Under the pieces are notes generated by a model. The model did not search any database. It saw only the letters and a list, made by a program, of their open reading frames with translations, and had not been told where the DNA came from. This document shows, piece after piece, positions 20,166 through 29,802 of a DNA stretch of 64,000 nt. Every line of letters starts with the position of its first letter. Within the stretch, counting starts at the first letter, position 1. Made by a program: the position numbers and the translations under genes. The DNA comes from a virus (Duplodnaviria; Caudoviricetes), in the IMG/VR virus record IMGVR_UViG_3300015607_002466, positions 1-64,000 of that record. One strand, given 5' to 3'.

Positions 20166-22334
20166 ATGACTATTATTCAAAACGCCCTAATAACCGCCAC
20201 CATTTCTAATGGTGGCTCAGGATTTAACCTATTCGAATCGGTTCCGTTGTACGCAAACGGAACCCTTTTTGCTCATGCTTCTTCCGATTCAGGAAAAATT
20301 ACAGGGGTAAAAATAGATTCTCCTGGTTCAGGTCTATTAGATGGAAGATATCCGATTAATGGAGAGACCATCGATGTTGGATATGTTGACGTTGTTAACG
20401 GACAAGTCACTTCTGGATATTACGTAAAAGATACGGTTTATTCCGGTAGACCTGCAGTTACCGTTAACATCCCTTATGATTACACCACTTGGCCATCATC
20501 TTCTACTGGCGTTCATACTTCGCCGACGTTAAGTGCAATTGTTCAAGGTGCTTTAACCTCAGTAATCCCTGATTGGGAAACCGTTACAAATGGTCAACCA
20601 CAGTCTTTTGGTGCTAATCCTACAATAACCTTTGGTGGAACTGGAACTGGAGCGGTTCTTACTCCAGTAATTGCGGATTATACCATTCCTGGCACAACAA
20701 CCACTGACACTGGATCAACTGGCGGTTCGACAGGCGGCTCAAATACCGGTAGTGGTTCGACTACTCCTTCTGTTACCGTAACGAATACCACTTCAGTTTC
20801 TAATTTGATTATTCCAGCATCTGCTATTTCAGCAATGATTGGAAATAGTAACCACGACATTTTTGTGAGAGAAGCTGTTTCAATTGATGTTGAAATTGAT
20901 TTCCCTGATAACACCCTTGTAAACGATGAGACTGATCCTGATACTGTAAATCATGCGTTTGGTTGGAGAACTTGGCAGAATCCTGCTCAAACCGACTTGG
21001 ACTCTGACTTGAAATCTCCTGATAACATCTGGGAACCAATTTACGGAGAATACGTTCCTGTTGGAACCCTATCCACTGACTATCTCAAGAAGATCAAGTC
21101 TTACCAAGAAGCGAAATTGGTTCTTAACAGTGGAATTGAGGTTGAAAAGTATCAATCGATCTGGTCTGATTTTGCGCAACTAAATGACATTTTCCTTGAG
21201 CGTATTTTTGATGGTAAAGATGTATCACGCACCTTCACTATCGCTACATCAGACAAGAGCATTGATACGAGCAGACTATTTGTCTATGTAGACGGAGTTT
21301 TGCAATCTTTGACTAACGTGAAAATCTCAAAGCTAAATGTTGAGCTAACCTCAGCAATCAATGTTCTCGTCGGATCAAAAATTGTAGTCATCTACAAGAA
21401 GTATCAACCTTCAGCCTCAGAGTTGTCATTTGACCCTGATACTAAAGATGATTACTTAGTCAACACACAATACAAGTTTGGCTACGATTATACCTCATTT
21501 GAGATTCGCGATTCTAATGATCGCTTGACCCAATCTGTTTACTATTTCTGGGTAAAGAACAAAAATACTCCAGCTGCGGGACATAAGATGTCCATTCAGC
21601 AGTCTAAGAACCTCTTGACTTACGGTCCATCCTTGTATATGACATTCCACGATATCAAGGATGCGTCAGGTTCACTTCCAATCCGATACGATGCTATTTC
21701 TATCTTTGGACTCAACAAGTTTGCAACCCGTGATGATACGTACAAACTACGATTTACTCGCAACTTTACCCTTAGAGACGATCCAAATGAACTTGATCTA
21801 AAGAACGTCCACGCTGAATGGGCATTGATAAGACCTGCGCAGAACGTACGTATCCCATTAAACCTTTGGGATAAATTGGTCGATTCCGCTGTTGGACAAG
21901 ATGTAATCGGAAATGCGGTTCCTTACACTTACTTAAGTGATTATGATGAACAGCACGGAACCTCAAACCGTTTTGGCCTCGGTCAAGGTCAGGTTTTAGC
22001 TAACAAAGAATCCGTAGTAGCTTCAATCAAGCACACAATTTTAAACACCAATCTCACCATCAATCTTGGTGGCACACTAGTTCCTGATTACATTCAAAAT
22101 CTAAAATTGTCTCAATTGGATAAATACTTTGATACACCAGAAACTATTAGACAGACTCTAGATTTCATTTGGAGACAGGCAAAGCCTAAGCAAATAAATG
22201 AAATCTTCTTTGCTGTAATCAACGATGCTCTTGCTAATAATTTCGAATTTAAAGACGTATTTAAGACATCACGACTATCCGTGTACTCAATTAAGACAGT
22301 GGAACAAATTTTGACAGGAACCGACGATGAGTAA
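20166..22334 (+). CDS. Virion structural protein (722 aa) with Gly/Thr/Ser linker
   Basis: Starts 3 nt after the giant ORF; Gly-rich beta N-terminus, linker TTTTDTGSTGGSTGGSNTGSGSTT, then a globular C-terminal region. Confidence 0.7.
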   Translation: MTIIQNALITATISNGGSGFNLFESVPLYANGTLFAHASSDSGKITGVKIDSPGSGLLDGRYPINGETIDVGYVDVVNGQVTSGYYVKDTVYSGRPAVTVNIPYDYTTWPSSSTGVHTSPTLSAIVQGALTSVIPDWETVTNGQPQSFGANPTITFGGTGTGAVLTPVIADYTIPGTTTTDTGSTGGSTGGSNTGSGSTTPSVTVTNTTSVSNLIIPASAISAMIGNSNHDIFVREAVSIDVEIDFPDNTLVNDETDPDTVNHAFGWRTWQNPAQTDLDSDLKSPDNIWEPIYGEYVPVGTLSTDYLKKIKSYQEAKLVLNSGIEVEKYQSIWSDFAQLNDIFLERIFDGKDVSRTFTIATSDKSIDTSRLFVYVDGVLQSLTNVKISKLNVELTSAINVLVGSKIVVIYKKYQPSASELSFDPDTKDDYLVNTQYKFGYDYTSFEIRDSNDRLTQSVYYFWVKNKNTPAAGHKMSIQQSKNLLTYGPSLYMTFHDIKDASGSLPIRYDAISIFGLNKFATRDDTYKLRFTRNFTLRDDPNELDLKNVHAEWALIRPAQNVRIPLNLWDKLVDSAVGQDVIGNAVPYTYLSDYDEQHGTSNRFGLGQGQVLANKESVVASIKHTILNTNLTINLGGTLVPDYIQNLKLSQLDKYFDTPETIRQTLDFIWRQAKPKQINEIFFAVINDALANNFEFKDVFKTSRLSVYSIKTVEQILTGTDDE

Positions 22335-25300
22335 TTATTTGTATTCTTCAACCGCCGTAGATAGCCTTATTGCGTACATTAATGACGTAAAACCTTATCA
22401 CAGCAAGCTATCAGAAATTGTAGAAGAATATCAATTTTACGAAAGCATGAATGTTGCTATCAATGATAGCAAAAGATTTACTCGCACAAAAATTGCAGGC
22501 ATTTGGGATTCTGAAACATATTCAAACGGACTTTACATTCCGTTTACCAATCTAGCGTTTACAAAGCAATCAAAGTCTTCAAAATATTGGAATGACGCTT
22601 TATTGATTGACTCTGCAAAATACGATAGACAGATTCCAGGTTTAACAGACGCGTATTATCTTCGTCATAATATCGGTATTCGCTCTGTTTTCAGAAACGG
22701 TATTGTTCAAAACGAAGGTGTAGATTTCCATGTTTCCCATGGTGCCTACACTATTGACGTCGAGGGTTCAAAACAGAAATATACTGAATCTTCTCTAAAA
22801 AATGTAGTCGGCGATGACGCATCAAAATGGGTCAAGGGTCTTCAGCTCATGTCTGAGCCATCCTCTTTATATTATGAAGATGTAAAGGGAACAAACGGCA
22901 CCGTTACTGAAATTGTACCTAATCTTAATGCAAGCAATTACGAAGAATTTACCCTAAAGTGTGTCCAAGTAAACAACACAACAGACGGGATAAAACTAAG
23001 CTACGAACACGAACAAGTTGTGCCATCATCAGTATGGAACATTCAGCATAAGCTAAATTCAACTAATTTGTTTATGCAATGCTACATTGTTGATGCTCAA
23101 ACTTTAGTTCCAATTTCACCAGCTAGAATTGAATTTGTAAACGCAAATACCGTAAACGTTTATTTTTCAAGCGAACGAATTGGTAAAGTAAAGATTATTC
23201 GTTTTGTTGACTCGCTTAGCACCTTTACCGAAACCTTTGTTACTCCTGAAGATAAGTGGCATGTTCATCATAATCTAGGTACGACTGATTTAATTTACAA
23301 TGTTTTAGTAAACATCAATGGTTCTCTAGAGAAGATTAATCCTGCATCTATTGACATCGTTGATGACAACAATGTCATTATTAATTTCTCATCTCCAAGA
23401 TCAGGTGAAGTAAGTCTTGGTTCAATTAGTTCATACGCTTCTGCGTCATTTGTCCAAAATCAACCTTCTGATACTTGGTCATTTGACAACAAACTAAGAA
23501 CCGATTCGGGTGTATTTCTTGTCTATGATTCGAATGGCAACGTCGTCTTCCCACAAGACATTGTTATCAGTAAGAGTCTCATCTATGTAAAATTCTCAAA
23601 GCCTATTTCAGGTAAATTGCTGTTTGCGAAACTATTTAGCGCAGGTAATGAAAACACAATTTTCTCTGTTACTGGCTCCGAGACTGGTCTAATTGGCTAT
23701 GCTAGAGTTGGCTTAAAGTTTACCTCTCAAAATCTCAGCTTCACTATTAAGCCAGTAGCAGAAGACTCCGTGTTTTTGATGGGTGAGACTTATGTCTTGA
23801 CTCCAAAAAACAGAATAGTAACTCATAAGAATTACATTGACGACGAAAAATGGTCCTTTATTAAGGTCAATCCGATCGTTCATGAAAAGCCTCGATTCCA
23901 AAAATCAGGAACTCCGATTATTTCTAATTGGGTTTATAAGACCACTGGTATAAGACCACAAGTCTTGACCATTACTCATGATGGCTCAGTCTTTAATGTT
24001 GTTAGTTCAATCGACGGAAGCATAGGTTCCGTCGCAAACGGTGGAACCTTTAGCACTTCAGAATTTTCGTTTACAATACAGTCGAGCATTATTGACCCAG
24101 TAGCTGGTGATTATTTCCAGATTACCGTGTTTAATGAAGCACCAACCATAAGTGATCTTGATCTAACAATTGGTTATGATCTTACCACTTACGACAACAC
24201 TGAGTATGACGATCATTTTATTGGGTTCGATTTAACCTCATTGAATTTGACTATCGTTGATCCGGCAATTAAAACTTCTTATTTTGAATTGTCATATAAT
24301 GGATCTACATTTGATGTTTTCCAATACAACAATTCAACAGACAGACGTCCTCTCGCTCAATATGCGCCAATAGTTCCAGGCGTCCCATACACCTGTCAGG
24401 CTTTTTCAATCACTATTCCAGCAACGGTGTCATACCTAACTGGAGACATTTTCATATTTAACGTCACTAATCCTGATCCATATTTCAATGATCATGACGT
24501 TTATATGATTTCAAATAGATTTGGATTGATTAATCTTTATCCAAAGTCCTTTATTGATTCACCTGCACAAACCTGGACAATTTCAGTAAACGGTGATTAT
24601 TCTGTTTCTGTTGTTGGTTCCGTATCTGGTGCTCAAGCTAATGGAAAAATCACTGAGTCGTATGATAATGGATTTATCCATTTTACCCTTCTTCAGACCG
24701 AAATTCCATTTACTCCTGGAGACCAGTTCTTTATCACCATTAATGATGAGAAACCATCATACTTGGTATTTGGCGAGAAGACCGGTTTCACCAAGCCGCT
24801 AACTATCGGCAAATGGTACTGGAACGGCAAACTAGGTCTAAAAATCGACTTTCCATTCTATCATGCCCAGGAATTTGTGTCTGTTGGTGAAGGTAAACAG
24901 GGTCGAGAAATTTACTCCGGATCAATAGTCATTGATGAGTTTGGTAATAAGCTTGAGTTTAATAAGCCGCCAAGATACGACGCTCGTAACGATGTGTACA
25001 AATTCACCCCATTGGGAACCAAATACCAAAATCAGCAGCTGATTAATGTTGAATCTGCCGTTCGTGGTATCCAACGTGGAGCTCTTCGTAATTCTCGTTA
25101 CATCGATGACATGAGACCTGAGCAGTCTAAGTTTGTAGGTTTTGAACATCATGACGGTGTAATTGATCTTACAATTACCGCTGCATCGGATCTTCCGTTG
25201 ACACCAATTTCATTTGAAATTGTTTCAAATGATTTGCCATTATACCACGCAAACGATCTAATAATTTTTAACACACCAATTGGCTTTGATACTGTCACAG

Positions 25301-26427
25301 TTGAACGTGAGACTATTGATAAGATTTTCCTTAAAACCAACACTAAGAACCCAGTATTAGGTCAAAATCCATCTGATAATGAGGATCAATGGTTCCCAAC
25401 TTACACCGTTCAGAAGAGCCCGTTCTCTGATGAATCTACGGAAGTTGACGTTTATGCGTCTTTAATCAATAAAAAAGTCGGAACAATTAAGAATTTTGGT
25501 GGTGTAAAAGAACAATACCGTCTAGAAGTTGATAGCGATTTCTTCAATGAATTCTTGCCATTCAATTCTAGATTAGGCTCAAAAGTAGTACAAAACGAGC
25601 AGGAAAATGCAGTAGTTAAAACTCGCTTCACTGAAAAAATGCGAGTGTTTGACTATTATCGAATGAGTGATACTATTTCTGTCAACCTACACGAAAATCA
25701 CGCAATTAAGATCGATTCAAGTTATCCGTTGTTCCACGATACTATTTTAGTATCTATCGACGATAAGACCTTTAGAGGGTTCTTTGCGGGTTATGACACA
25801 TCTCCATTTGATATTGAATCAAATGGCTATGATGACACAACTTCCGTACAAAATGAATTTTTCTCAGCGTCAGCTGGTGGTGTAGGTTACCTTGTTCAGG
25901 ATAAGGGAGTTGGAAATAGTTCAGTTTCGAAGATAAACGAGACAATGACAGTCTATTCTCGCTTGACCTCGGACGCAATGGGTTTCGCCAATGCCTACGC
26001 TGATACAAACCTACCTGCTATCGACGCCTACGGTTGGAACAATGCCGACGTAATCGATGGAACTCCGCCGATGGATGCTCAAGGTTGGGATGCTGCAGTG
26101 TTTGATATGGTTTATGGACAAAACATTGAGAGTGTGACCGACGTCATCTATGATCTAACCGCATATGTTTCAAAGCTAAATATTCCTGTTCCAGGATCCA
26201 GCTTGTATGGAGCCCCATACACTAATATTCCTTCTGCTTTAATTGATGTAAATAGAAAGATCGCAACAGCAACTATCATGAAACGTGGTTTAAACGCAAG
26301 TTCAGTTGTCATGTATTCTGACATTGCAACACAAACACAGGTGTCAATCAACATCATTGAGAACACGTCTGATTATGTGAAGATTTCTGTAACAACCCCA
26401 TCTATCGGTAAGATCGTAATTTTCTAA
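22327..26427 (+). CDS. Large modular virion/tail protein (1366 aa)
   Basis: Three 'W.I.H.L' modules (about 23000-23640), four 'F.V.GS..G...FTI...GD.F' modules and GYD..YD motifs; located in late block. Confidence 0.7.
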   Translation: MSNYLYSSTAVDSLIAYINDVKPYHSKLSEIVEEYQFYESMNVAINDSKRFTRTKIAGIWDSETYSNGLYIPFTNLAFTKQSKSSKYWNDALLIDSAKYDRQIPGLTDAYYLRHNIGIRSVFRNGIVQNEGVDFHVSHGAYTIDVEGSKQKYTESSLKNVVGDDASKWVKGLQLMSEPSSLYYEDVKGTNGTVTEIVPNLNASNYEEFTLKCVQVNNTTDGIKLSYEHEQVVPSSVWNIQHKLNSTNLFMQCYIVDAQTLVPISPARIEFVNANTVNVYFSSERIGKVKIIRFVDSLSTFTETFVTPEDKWHVHHNLGTTDLIYNVLVNINGSLEKINPASIDIVDDNNVIINFSSPRSGEVSLGSISSYASASFVQNQPSDTWSFDNKLRTDSGVFLVYDSNGNVVFPQDIVISKSLIYVKFSKPISGKLLFAKLFSAGNENTIFSVTGSETGLIGYARVGLKFTSQNLSFTIKPVAEDSVFLMGETYVLTPKNRIVTHKNYIDDEKWSFIKVNPIVHEKPRFQKSGTPIISNWVYKTTGIRPQVLTITHDGSVFNVVSSIDGSIGSVANGGTFSTSEFSFTIQSSIIDPVAGDYFQITVFNEAPTISDLDLTIGYDLTTYDNTEYDDHFIGFDLTSLNLTIVDPAIKTSYFELSYNGSTFDVFQYNNSTDRRPLAQYAPIVPGVPYTCQAFSITIPATVSYLTGDIFIFNVTNPDPYFNDHDVYMISNRFGLINLYPKSFIDSPAQTWTISVNGDYSVSVVGSVSGAQANGKITESYDNGFIHFTLLQTEIPFTPGDQFFITINDEKPSYLVFGEKTGFTKPLTIGKWYWNGKLGLKIDFPFYHAQEFVSVGEGKQGREIYSGSIVIDEFGNKLEFNKPPRYDARNDVYKFTPLGTKYQNQQLINVESAVRGIQRGALRNSRYIDDMRPEQSKFVGFEHHDGVIDLTITAASDLPLTPISFEIVSNDLPLYHANDLIIFNTPIGFDTVTVERETIDKIFLKTNTKNPVLGQNPSDNEDQWFPTYTVQKSPFSDESTEVDVYASLINKKVGTIKNFGGVKEQYRLEVDSDFFNEFLPFNSRLGSKVVQNEQENAVVKTRFTEKMRVFDYYRMSDTISVNLHENHAIKIDSSYPLFHDTILVSIDDKTFRGFFAGYDTSPFDIESNGYDDTTSVQNEFFSASAGGVGYLVQDKGVGNSSVSKINETMTVYSRLTSDAMGFANAYADTNLPAIDAYGWNNADVIDGTPPMDAQGWDAAVFDMVYGQNIESVTDVIYDLTAYVSKLNIPVPGSSLYGAPYTNIPSALIDVNRKIATATIMKRGLNASSVVMYSDIATQTQVSINIIENTSDYVKISVTTPSIGKIVIF

Positions 26428-26440
26428 TCTTATCGACAGA

Positions 26441-26447
26441 ATAAATA
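26441..26447 (+). promoter_or_regulatory. Late promoter ATAAATA
   Basis: gaATAAATAccc 34 nt upstream of ATG 26481. Confidence 0.65.
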
Positions 26448-26480
26448 CCCCAAACCATCTATTTTTAAAGGTGAGAACTA

Positions 26481-27089
26481 ATGGAAATGAATTTCAAAAC
26501 CAAAATTAAAGGTCACGTTCTAGTTAAGGACAAGAACACTAACGAAGTCCTTGTCGACAAGTTTAACGCTGTTCACCCACAGAACATGGCGAAAGTTATC
26601 GCCCGCGGCCTTGCAAATGAACCAAATCAACAGATTTTCCAAATCGCCCTAGGCAATGGTGGAACTTATATCGATTCTACCCAAAGCATCGTTTATAATT
26701 CACCTAACATTATTGGTCAATCCGCAGATTTGTATAACGTAACTTACACTGAAGTCGTCGATGATGCAAATTCAGGCGTCGGTGTAGGTAACTCTGTTAT
26801 TAGCCAAGCTGCACCAAGCCCAGATATTTCTTCTCTAGTTATTTGTACTATTCAGCTTTCAGCAAATGAACCAGCTGGCCAAAATACTACAGACGCTGGA
26901 GCAGACGGTGTAAGCACTTCAGGTACAACCGTTGGCGCAAAGAAAAACGCATTCACCTTTGACGAACTAGGTCTAAAGACTGTTGACGGTCTATTGCTTT
27001 CTCATATCGTCTTCAACCCAATCGAAAAGAACGCGCAACGCGAACTTATCATTTCTTATACCTTGACAGTCTCTGTTTCTGCGTCTTAA
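26481..27089 (+). CDS. Conserved virion structural protein (fibre-attachment/baseplate-like)
   Basis: KGHVLVKD...LGNGG...FTFDELGL...LLSHIVFNPIEK...LIISYTLTV; late promoter and RBS upstream. Confidence 0.6.
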   Translation: MEMNFKTKIKGHVLVKDKNTNEVLVDKFNAVHPQNMAKVIARGLANEPNQQIFQIALGNGGTYIDSTQSIVYNSPNIIGQSADLYNVTYTEVVDDANSGVGVGNSVISQAAPSPDISSLVICTIQLSANEPAGQNTTDAGADGVSTSGTTVGAKKNAFTFDELGLKTVDGLLLSHIVFNPIEKNAQRELIISYTLTVSVSAS

Positions 27090-27094
27090 TTGAC

Positions 27095-27158
27095 ATTGGG
27101 GATGTGGATGAAAATGGTCTCAATCCACATCCCCAATAAATAAAATCCCCAATAAATA
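27095..27158 (+). promoter_or_regulatory. Perfect 15-bp inverted repeat fused to tandem late promoters (CCCCAATAAATA x2)
   Basis: ATTGGGGATGTGGAT (27095-27109) / ATCCACATCCCCAAT (27123-27137); CCCCAATAAATA at 27131-27142 and 27147-27158. Confidence 0.75.
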
Positions 27159-27187
27159 ATAAAGTAACTTCTTATAGTCAAAAGACC

Positions 27188-28156
27188 ATGGAACTAAACT
27201 TTCGCCAAGGTATTTTAAAGCGTCAATCTGACCTTACTAATACCGCAATCTTCATTCAAAAGTCTAGCCTAGACGGCCGCTATTTAGATCTCGTTGTTTC
27301 GCCAGATCCGACAGTTTTCACTGTCGCTCATTTCGACGCAAACTATCTAATAGAGGAAACCAAGTCAGTAATTAAGGCTTGGGGTCCAATGGAACCAACC
27401 GGTGAGACACAATATCTTTACTGGGATGTTAGTCTTCTAGATGCATCCTTAACTAGAGGTCATACGACCTTACCACCAATAGTTTCAAGTGCTGAACCTT
27501 CTAATCCTTTACCAGATCAGCACTGGTTTGATACTAATCAAAACGTTTATAAAGTTTACCTAAACGGCAAATGGCAAGTTCGTCTTCGCTGTTTTGCTGC
27601 AGTTTATGACCGTTCTGCTCAAGTAATCGCATATCCTATTGGTTCTCAAGTTGGTATAACTGGCGGAACATTTGCTGCCGGTAATATCATCCTAGGTAAA
27701 AACAATAAACCGTTAAGAGATTCTGACGGAACCTTCGTAACATCAGAATCAAATTTGATTATCGCTAGAACTTCAGCAGAAGCTGTCAAATTTGACGCTG
27801 CTCTTGCATTTGCTGAAGCCGCAGAAAATATTCCAAAGTTTTCTCTTGTTACCATTTTACCAAAACGTAAAGTGGTTCTCGGATCATTCTTGAAAACTGG
27901 AAGACAAATTCACGGGATTATCGCGCACGATTTAAATGCGGGCGAAGTCGGACAAATTGTCACAAATGGTCTAATCAGAAACGAACAGTGGAATTTCACT
28001 GAAGCCCAAGTAGGTAAACCTCTTTTCTGCGGTCCATCAGGTGAAGTCACCTTGACTCCTCCAATATCAGGCATCTTGCAACAAGTCGGATTCGTCTACG
28101 ATGTAGACGCCATCTATTTGAACTTGTTCGCACCGATAATTCTGACACAGAGCTAA
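27188..28156 (+). CDS. Virion decoration/fibre protein (C-terminal capsid-cement/DUF2190-like domain)
   Basis: NPLPDQHWFDT...KVYLNGKW fibre-type motif; C-terminal GIIAHDLNAGEVGQIVTNG...GKPLFCGPSGEVTLTPP..QQVG. Confidence 0.55.
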   Translation: MELNFRQGILKRQSDLTNTAIFIQKSSLDGRYLDLVVSPDPTVFTVAHFDANYLIEETKSVIKAWGPMEPTGETQYLYWDVSLLDASLTRGHTTLPPIVSSAEPSNPLPDQHWFDTNQNVYKVYLNGKWQVRLRCFAAVYDRSAQVIAYPIGSQVGITGGTFAAGNIILGKNNKPLRDSDGTFVTSESNLIIARTSAEAVKFDAALAFAEAAENIPKFSLVTILPKRKVVLGSFLKTGRQIHGIIAHDLNAGEVGQIVTNGLIRNEQWNFTEAQVGKPLFCGPSGEVTLTPPISGILQQVGFVYDVDAIYLNLFAPIILTQS

Positions 28157-28178
28157 TATAAAAAATAGGAAATAGAGA

Positions 28179-29426
28179 ATGTCAGAAATCATTCAAACTT
28201 ATCAAGATATCGGCGGACAAGAGAACGTTTACGTTCCTTTGTACGTTGATACGACCGGTCAATATGGCCGTATTCCCTCTTCTGCACTTTTAGATATTTC
28301 AGGTATCTATTCACCTAACTTTACAGTTGGTGGAAAACCGATTATGTTTGCAGATGGTACCGCATCAGACGGTTCATCTCAACTCGATTTTCAGTCAGTC
28401 TATTTCCACTCTCGTGCGGTAAATGGCGCAGCCAGAATATCGTTACAACCTGGAAAAGATTTCGCAATTTGCGACGCGGAAGGAAACTCTTATATTGAGG
28501 TTGATGCAGCAACCGGCAAAATCACCATTCACGGTGAAATGGCCGTCGTTTCTGCAATTGCTAAATTTGAAGGGGCGTATCAGGAATTTAACCACCTGAA
28601 TATTCTTTCAACTGATGGCTCTAGGACCGCTCTATTAATTGAACCAAAACCTGGGGTTCAATTTCTAACAAACCCTGTCCAGATTTCAACAAACTCTGGC
28701 GGACCAATCGATTTTTCTATTAATGCTCAAGGTCAGACCTATATTCGTGACCTAATTGTAGATTCGATCGATGCAAATCTAATAGATGGTGTAGACTTCG
28801 GTGCGATTTCATCCCACCTTTCTCCAGAAGCTTCGCCATATAAACACTTTGCTTCTGAAATTGAGTTTAATCCAAGTATTGGGAATACTAACTATTTCCA
28901 ATATGATGGTAGAATTTCAGTTAATGACGCTTTAAACACAATTGTTGACTCGGTTTCAAACAAACTTGATTCATTATCTGCAGCAATTGATTTAATCCTA
29001 CAAGATGAAACTTCTGAGGTTAGTTTCTTTAACCGAATAGTTACTCTTGAGGGTCAAGTATCTACTCTCAATAATGATCTTTATGGTCAGCATGGTGTAA
29101 TAAATCGTTTGGCAGTTACTGAATCGGAGATTCAGAGTTTAACTAGCCAAATGAGTAGAATTAATACCGCCAATATCGCGGGTATTAATTTTGAACAATA
29201 TGCTGGAGCTACAGTTTGGACAATCCATCATAACACTGGGTCAACTTTTATACAGTTTACCACGTATGATGAACATGAACGTTTAATTTGGCCTGATGAT
29301 GCATTTTCCTTGGATCACAATACGTTCGTAATCGTCTTTGGATCTAATCAAGTAGGAAGAGCTATTTTGACTTGCTTGATTCCTCCTGTTACTACGATTT
29401 TCCAGCAACCCGTTGCTCCAGCTTAA
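28179..29426 (+). CDS. Fibre-like virion protein with coiled coil and C-terminal 'W.I.HN.G' module
   Basis: Heptad segment around aa 270-330; FEQYAGATVWTIHHNTGSTFIQFTTYD module. Confidence 0.6.
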   Translation: MSEIIQTYQDIGGQENVYVPLYVDTTGQYGRIPSSALLDISGIYSPNFTVGGKPIMFADGTASDGSSQLDFQSVYFHSRAVNGAARISLQPGKDFAICDAEGNSYIEVDAATGKITIHGEMAVVSAIAKFEGAYQEFNHLNILSTDGSRTALLIEPKPGVQFLTNPVQISTNSGGPIDFSINAQGQTYIRDLIVDSIDANLIDGVDFGAISSHLSPEASPYKHFASEIEFNPSIGNTNYFQYDGRISVNDALNTIVDSVSNKLDSLSAAIDLILQDETSEVSFFNRIVTLEGQVSTLNNDLYGQHGVINRLAVTESEIQSLTSQMSRINTANIAGINFEQYAGATVWTIHHNTGSTFIQFTTYDEHERLIWPDDAFSLDHNTFVIVFGSNQVGRAILTCLIPPVTTIFQQPVAPA

Positions 29427-29452
29427 GTAAAATTTGTAACTAAAGTAATAAA

Positions 29453-29498
29453 ATTGGGGTGGTCAAAAAAATCAAAAAAATTGACTCCCCAATAAATA
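29453..29498 (+). promoter_or_regulatory. Hairpin fused to late promoter (ATTGGGG...CCCCAATAAATA)
   Basis: ATTGGGGTGGTCAA (29453-29466) pairs with TTGACTCCCCAAT (29481-29493), then AATAAATA; same arms as the 27095 element. Confidence 0.7.
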
Positions 29499-29538
29499 AG
29501 AATATCTAAAAAGTAAAAACACATAAGGTATATCCAAT

Positions 29539-29778
29539 ATGAGTAACACCTCTAGACAGACAATTTCTACTAGTGATATTGTGTTAGCAGCTACATTGAA
29601 AGTTAAAGGTTTTGTCCTAAATAGGATAGAAAAGAACGGCAACAAGGGTATTTTTATATTCGATGATGTCGAGGTCTCAGTAGTCGAAGATTACGATCTC
29701 GGTAAATGCCTCGTTGAACCAATTGCCTTTAATAATGCTATCAAGGCTCTTACCACAGCAACTCGTAGAATCGTTTAA
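29539..29778 (+). CDS. DUF5659-like small protein
   Basis: TSDIVLAATL...G..L..I...G....FIF......YD.G...VEP..F....K.L pattern; RBS AAGGT upstream. Confidence 0.55.
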   Translation: MSNTSRQTISTSDIVLAATLKVKGFVLNRIEKNGNKGIFIFDDVEVSVVEDYDLGKCLVEPIAFNNAIKALTTATRRIV

Positions 29779-29802
29779 TTTGCAAATTAAGGAGAAAACA
29801 AC

